Shown here: positions 20,840 through 25,336 of the stretch, in pieces | Layout of the letters: every line of letters begins with the position of its first letter | Numbering within the stretch: position 1 is the stretch's first letter | DNA from: a virus | Lineage: Duplodnaviria > Heunggongvirae > Uroviricota > Caudoviricetes | DNA length: 25,336 nt | Virus record (IMG/VR): IMGVR_UViG_2706794669_000003 | Reading direction: 5' to 3' (one strand) | The notes under the pieces: generated by a model | Database searches by the model: none | Seen by the model: only the letters and a program-made list of their open reading frames with translations | Told to the model about the DNA's origin: nothing | Translations under genes and position numbers: made by a program

Positions 20840-23800
20840 ATGGCAGTAAAGATTTCAGGTGTACTGAAAGACGGCACAGGAAAACCGGTACAGAACTGCA
20901 CAATCCAGCTGAAAGCAAAACGTAACAGCACCACGGTGGTGGTGAACACGCTGGCCTCAGAAAATCCGGATGAAGCCGGGCGTTACAGCATGGACGTTGA
21001 GTACGGTCAGTACAGCGTTATTCTGTTGGTGGAAGGATTCCCGCCGTCACATGCCGGGACCATCACCGTGTATGAAGATTCCCGACCCGGTACGCTGAAT
21101 GATTTTCTCGGTGCCATGACGGAGGATGATGCCCGTCCGGAGGCACTGCGCCGTTTTGAGCTGATGGTGGAAGAGGTGGCGCGTAACGCGTCCGCGGTGG
21201 CACAGAACACGGCAGCCGCGAAGAAATCAGCCAGCGATGCCAGCACATCAGCCCGTGAGGCGGCAACCCATGCGACTGATGCTGCAGATTCAGCACGTGC
21301 AGCCAGCACGTCAGCCGGACAGGCCGCTTCGTCGGCTCAGTCAGCGTCTTCCAGCGCAGGAACGGCATCAACAAAGGCCACTGAAGCCTCAAAAAGTGCT
21401 GCCGCTGCAGAGTCCTCAAAAAGCGCGGCGGCTACCAGTGCCGGTGCGGCGAAAACGTTAGAAACGAATGCGGCAGCGTCACAACAATCAGCAGCCACTT
21501 CTGCATCCACCGCGACCACGAAAGCGTCAGAAGCTGCCACCTCAGCCCGGGATGCGTCGGCTTCAAAAGAGGCGGCAAAATCATCAGAAACGAACGCATC
21601 ATCAAGCGCCAGTAGCGCAGCTTCCTCGGCGACGGCGGCTGCAAATTCTGCGAAGGCGGCCAAAACGTCCGAGACGAACGCCAGGTCTTCTGAAACGGCA
21701 GCGGGACAGAGTGCCTCAGCTGCGGCAGGCTCAAAAACAGCGGCTGCGTCGTCTGCCAGCGCCGCGTCAACAAGTGCCGGGCAGGCCTCAGCCAGTGCCA
21801 CCGCCGCCGGAAAATCGGCAGAAAGCGCCGCATCATCCGCTTCAACAGCCACAACGAAGGCTGGCGAAGCCACTGAGCAGGCCACGGCAGCAGCGAGGTC
21901 AGCTTCCGCAGCGAAGACATCCGAAACGAACGCGAAAGCGTCGGAAACCCGTGCAGAATCCTCAAAAACGGCTGCCGCATCGTCCGCCAGTTCGGCGGCG
22001 TCATCGGCATCATCGGCGTCTGCTTCAAAAGATGAGGCGACCAGACAGGCGTCAGCAGCGAAGGGCAGCGCCACGACGGCATCCACGAAGGCGACAGAGG
22101 CTGCTGGTAGTGCGACGGCAGCAGCTCAGAGCAAAAGTACGGCGGAATCTGCAGCAACGCGCGCTGAGACAGCGGCAAAACGGGCAGAGGATATTGCATC
22201 CGCCGTGGCGCTTGAGGATGCGAGCACGACGAAAAAGGGGATAGTACAGCTCAGTAGTGCGACTAACAGCACTTCCGAGTCACTGGCGGCAACACCAAAA
22301 GCCGTTAAGGCCGCGTATGACCTGGCTAACGGGAAATACACCGCACAGGATGCAACGACAGCACAGAAAGGGATAATCCAGCTAAGCAGCGCGACCAACA
22401 GCACGTCTGAAACGCTGGCGGCAACGCCAAAGGCAGTAAAAGCAGCCAATGACAATGCTGAGAAACGTCTGCAGAAAGATCAGAACGGTGCGGATATCCC
22501 TGGCAAAGACACCTTTACGAAAAATATTGGTGCCTGCCGTGCCTTCGGTGGGTCAGTAAGCACAACAACAGGAAACTGGACGACTGCACAGTTTATCGAG
22601 TGGCTGGATTCTCAGGGAGCATTTAACCATCCATACTGGATGTGCAAGGGTTCCTGGTCTTATGGCAATAATAAAATCATTACTGATACTGGCTGCGGTA
22701 ATATTCATCTCGCCGGAGCTGTCATTGAAGTAATGGGGATAAAGTCAGCGATGACGATCCGCATTACCACTCCGACCACATCCAGCGGTGGCGGAACAAC
22801 CAACGCCCAGTTTACCTATATTAATCACGGAACAGATTATTCACCTGGCTGGCGAAGGGACTATAACTCCAGAAATAAGCCAACGGCATCAGAGATCGGG
22901 GCGCTACCGTCAGGTGGAACAGCAGTATCATCAGTTAATCTGGCTTCAAAAGGTCGGGTAGCCGCGCTGACAGACAATACGCAGGGGGCAGCAGGTCTTG
23001 AGTTATACGAGGTGTATAACAACGGATATCCAACAGCGTATGGAAATATCATTCACCTGAAAGGGATGACAGCCGTTGGCGAAGGTGAGTTACTCATCGG
23101 CTGGAGTGGTACAAGCGGTGCTCATGCTCCGGCATTTATTCGTTCACGACGGGATACGACCGACGCAAACTGGTCGCCGTGGGCGCAGCTTTACACCTCG
23201 GCTCATCCTCCTGCAGAGTTTTATCCAGTCGGTGCACCAATCCCGTGGCCATCAGATACCGTTCCGTCTGGTTATGCCCTGATGCAGGGGCAGACTTTTG
23301 ACAAATCTGCTTACCCGAAACTTGCAGCCGCTTATCCGTCAGGCGTGATCCCTGATATGCGTGGCTGGACGATTAAGGGCAAGCCCGCCAGTGGTCGTGC
23401 CGTATTGTCTCAGGAACAGGATGGCATTAAATCGCACACCCACAGCGCCAGCGCATCCAGTACGGATTTGGGGACGAAAACCACATCGTCGTTTGATTAC
23501 GGCACTAAATCCACGAATAACACCGGGGCGCATACGCACAGTCTGAGCGGCTCTACAAGTTCAGCTGGGGCCCACCAACATAGTCAGACTGGGCCCAGAA
23601 CGAATAGCGGGAGTCAACCTACTGGAATGTTTCCGGCAGGGAGTACTCAAGTTAGCGGGACTAATCAGGTTGGTATCAGTGGCTCATTAACCAGTGGCAC
23701 CTCCCAATGGGTAGGTAAATCATCTTCAGAAGGAAACCATACACACTCACTGTCCGGCACAGCAGCATCTGCGGGTGCACACGCGCATACTGTCGGTATT

Positions 23801-23923
23801 GGTGCTCATACGCACTCTGTTGCGATTGGTTCACATGGACACACCATCACCGTTAACGCTGCTGGTAACGCGGAAAACACCGTCAAAAACATCGCATTTA
23901 ACTATATTGTGAGGCTCGCATAA
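20840..23923 (+). CDS. stf: side tail fibre protein, enlarged and mosaic
   Basis: ATG at 20840 ([26 protein letters not shown]..., the lambda Stf N-terminus as I recall it). The track ORF starts at GTG 20834 and is 1029 aa. Long Ala/Ser/Thr-rich tract, fibre repeats, a tail-collar-like segment ([29 protein letters not shown]) and C-terminal His-x-His repeats. Stop overlaps the tfa start. Confidence 0.92.
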   Translation: MAVKISGVLKDGTGKPVQNCTIQLKAKRNSTTVVVNTLASENPDEAGRYSMDVEYGQYSVILLVEGFPPSHAGTITVYEDSRPGTLNDFLGAMTEDDARPEALRRFELMVEEVARNASAVAQNTAAAKKSASDASTSAREAATHATDAADSARAASTSAGQAASSAQSASSSAGTASTKATEASKSAAAAESSKSAAATSAGAAKTLETNAAASQQSAATSASTATTKASEAATSARDASASKEAAKSSETNASSSASSAASSATAAANSAKAAKTSETNARSSETAAGQSASAAAGSKTAAASSASAASTSAGQASASATAAGKSAESAASSASTATTKAGEATEQATAAARSASAAKTSETNAKASETRAESSKTAAASSASSAASSASSASASKDEATRQASAAKGSATTASTKATEAAGSATAAAQSKSTAESAATRAETAAKRAEDIASAVALEDASTTKKGIVQLSSATNSTSESLAATPKAVKAAYDLANGKYTAQDATTAQKGIIQLSSATNSTSETLAATPKAVKAANDNAEKRLQKDQNGADIPGKDTFTKNIGACRAFGGSVSTTTGNWTTAQFIEWLDSQGAFNHPYWMCKGSWSYGNNKIITDTGCGNIHLAGAVIEVMGIKSAMTIRITTPTTSSGGGTTNAQFTYINHGTDYSPGWRRDYNSRNKPTASEIGALPSGGTAVSSVNLASKGRVAALTDNTQGAAGLELYEVYNNGYPTAYGNIIHLKGMTAVGEGELLIGWSGTSGAHAPAFIRSRRDTTDANWSPWAQLYTSAHPPAEFYPVGAPIPWPSDTVPSGYALMQGQTFDKSAYPKLAAAYPSGVIPDMRGWTIKGKPASGRAVLSQEQDGIKSHTHSASASSTDLGTKTTSSFDYGTKSTNNTGAHTHSLSGSTSSAGAHQHSQTGPRTNSGSQPTGMFPAGSTQVSGTNQVGISGSLTSGTSQWVGKSSSEGNHTHSLSGTAASAGAHAHTVGIGAHTHSVAIGSHGHTITVNAAGNAENTVKNIAFNYIVRLA
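21170..22234 (+). repeat. low-complexity Ala/Ser/Thr-rich degenerate repeat tract within stf
   Basis: About 350 codons dominated by A/S/T/K/E with recurring KTSETNA-like units. Open ORFs appear in most other frames across this stretch, a composition artefact. Confidence 0.7.
22235..22453 (+). repeat. two copies of a 29-aa phage tail fibre repeat, 132 nt apart
   Basis: [27 protein letters not shown] at 22235-22321 and [27 protein letters not shown] at 22367-22453. Nearly identical protein, diverged nucleotide sequence. Confidence 0.75.
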
Positions 23924-24504
23924 TGGCATTCAGAATGAGTGAACAAGCACGGACCATAAAAATTTATAACCTGCTGGCCGGAACTAATGAATTTATTGGT
24001 GAAGGTGACGCATATATTCCGCCTCATACAGGTCTGCCTGCAAACAGTACCGATATTGCACCGCCAGATATTCCGGCTGGTTTCGTGGCTGTTTTCAACA
24101 GTGATGAGTCATCGTGGCATCTCGTTGAAGATCATCGGGGTAAAACGGTTTATGACGTGGCTTCCGGCGACGCGTTATTTATTTCTGAACTCGGCTCATT
24201 ACCGGAAAATGTCACCTGGTTATCCCCGGAAGGGGAGTTTCAGAAGTGGAACGGCACAGCCTGGGTGAAGGATACGGAAGCAGAAAAACTGTTCCGGATC
24301 CGGGAGGCGGAAGAAACAAAAAACAGCCTGATGCAGGTAGCCAGTGAGCATATAGCGCCGCTTCAGGATGCTGTGGATCTGGAGATCGCAACGGAGAAAG
24401 AAACCTTGTTGCTGGAAGCTTGGAAAAAGTATCGGGTGTTGCTGAACCGTGTTGATACATCAACTGCACCGGATATTGAATGGCCAGTAGCACCTATAGG
24501 GTAA
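23923..24504 (+). CDS. tfa: tail fibre assembly protein (chaperone)
   Basis: 193 aa [39 protein letters not shown]..., matching lambda Tfa as I recall it. TAATG overlap with the stf stop. Confidence 0.95.
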   Translation: MAFRMSEQARTIKIYNLLAGTNEFIGEGDAYIPPHTGLPANSTDIAPPDIPAGFVAVFNSDESSWHLVEDHRGKTVYDVASGDALFISELGSLPENVTWLSPEGEFQKWNGTAWVKDTEAEKLFRIREAEETKNSLMQVASEHIAPLQDAVDLEIATEKETLLLEAWKKYRVLLNRVDTSTAPDIEWPVAPIG

Positions 24505-24587
24505 ATTCGTAATGATTACCTAAATACGTTATTCTTTTGTTAAAAAAGTGATTTTGCTATAGGTAGGGAGTATGTTCTTGGATTAAG

Positions 24588-24620
24588 AATAAAAAATCGC
24601 CATGAAAGAGCTTCATGGCG
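24588..24620 (-). terminator. rho-independent terminator oriented for leftward (minus-strand) transcription
   Basis: 9-bp stem CGCCATGAA/TTCATGGCG (24598-24606 and 24612-24620) with a 5-nt loop. The A-run on the plus strand (aataaaaaat, 24588-24597) becomes a U-tract 3' of the hairpin on the minus strand. No U-tract follows on the plus strand. Confidence 0.6.
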
Positions 24621-24759
24621 AGTACATAAACGTACAAAATGTGATGAAAGTAGAGTGGCGTAAGCCACTATATTAAGATATGACAATAGCGAAGAAAAGT
24701 AAATAACATTTTATGGACGTTTAATTGTTAATTATAAAAACTAGAGTGCCCGATATTGT

Positions 24760-24861
24760 TTATCTTGCTTTAAAATAATGTACTCAAACCAAATTTTTGA
24801 GCTAAAAGCTCAAATAATATAAATGCAATAATAATGTTTAATAAGACAATTATCTTGCTTT
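24760..24861. repeat. 12-bp perfect direct repeat TTATCTTGCTTT (24760-24771 and 24850-24861) in the AT-rich region
   Basis: Exact 12-mer present twice, 90 bp apart, in a region of roughly 30% GC. Function unknown. Confidence 0.5.
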
Positions 24862-25253
24862 GTATTTTCATTTCGGAATACTGTTAAGTAACTTTGATGA
24901 CCCTAACAATAGATCGGAATTTTCTTAGAGTCAATGGTCACTGTTTTTGCTTGCAAAGCAAATGTTTTGGTGGTTATAAGTCGTCTTAATATAGTCACGC
25001 ATGCAACTTGTTCCATGCGGAGATTAAAGATTGGAATATAACGCGAAGATGGAATTAAATTACATTTGCAATAATTAATTTATTATTACTCAATAATTAC
25101 CGATATTATTATTGTAAATTAATCATTAGAATGCAAAAAGAAATGTAACGGCAAAATAAGAGGACGATAGCTGAGAAAAAAGCGTGCTTTCCCAATCTGG
25201 GGCAAATCACGTCTGAATGACACCTGAAAACAGGTGGTAGCCTCAAGAAGGCT

Positions 25254-25336
25254 GGTGATGCTGCCAACTTACTGATTTAGTGTATGATGGTGTTTTTGAG
25301 GTGCTCCAGTGGCTTCTGTTTCTATCAGCTGTCCCT
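25254..25336 (+). mobile_element. IS1 insertion sequence, left end (IRL), continuing beyond the window
   Basis: GGTGATGCTGCCAACTTACTGATTTAGTGTATGATGGTGTTTTTGAGGTGCTCCAGTGGCTTCTGTTTCTATCAGCTGTCCCT matches the IS1 left terminal inverted repeat and the start of insA as I recall them. GC content rises abruptly here relative to the flanking AT-rich DNA. Confidence 0.93.
25309..25336 (+). CDS. insA: IS1 InsA, 5' end only (truncated by window edge)
   Basis: GTG GCT TCT GTT TCT ATC AGC TGT CCC encodes (M)ASVSISCP, the InsA N-terminus. Confidence 0.85.

Noticed and set aside
21170-22453. Repetitive DNA in stf considered as a possible CRISPR array or other tandem-repeat locus.
   Set aside because: The repeats are degenerate, in-frame coding repeats within a continuous ORF, with no alternation of fixed-length direct repeats and unique spacers.
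21007-22455. Cluster of ORFs on both strands: 21007..21309 (-), 21063..21419 (-), 21237..21461 (+), 21337..22086 (-), 21432..22199 (-), 21468..22244 (+), 22126..22455 (-).
   Set aside because: All lie within the Ala/Ser/Thr-rich low-complexity tract of stf, where stop codons are depleted in nearly every frame. The products are poly-Ala or poly-Arg/Pro/Gln artefacts.
24934-25041. 35-aa plus-strand and overlapping 37-aa minus-strand small ORFs in the AT-rich island as a possible type I toxin-antitoxin pair.
   Set aside because: Neither peptide is convincingly hydrophobic or transmembrane-like and neither has a good SD. In DNA this AT-rich, ORFs of this size arise by chance. Left as an open question only.
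25254-25336. The terminal ~80 bp looked like p15A/pACYC184 vector backbone, suggesting a cloning artefact.
   Set aside because: The matching stretch is the IS1 end itself, which pACYC-type vectors carry as a remnant. A natural IS1 insertion is the simpler explanation, though a vector chimera cannot be fully excluded without the downstream sequence.

Overview
This window is the late (virion morphogenesis) arm of a lambda-like prophage, gene-for-gene collinear with the left arm of phage lambda. All structural genes are on the + strand: cos, Nu1, A, W, B, C/Nu3, D, E, FI, FII, Z, U, V, G/G-T, H, M, L, K, I, J, lom, stf, tfa. Gene names come from my recognition of the lambda proteins in the translations and from gene order, overlaps and lengths; no database search was run. 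Both flanks are accessory. Upstream of cos is an AT-rich minus-strand cassette of two small proteins (YbcV/DUF1398-like and YlcI/YnfO-like), with a possible third ORF running off the left edge. Downstream of tfa is a ~750-bp AT-rich stretch with no ORF of 60 aa or more, ending in the left end of an IS1 element. Other notable points: a 285-N assembly gap inside terminase A, a cosN that differs from lambda's as I recall it, lom inactivated by a frameshifting deletion, an enlarged repeat-rich stf, and a J gene 33 codons longer than lambda J. I found no CRISPR array, tRNA or rRNA, and no recognisable defence system. I cannot defend a claim of a new biological system here; the two AT-rich flanks are the best candidates for follow-up.
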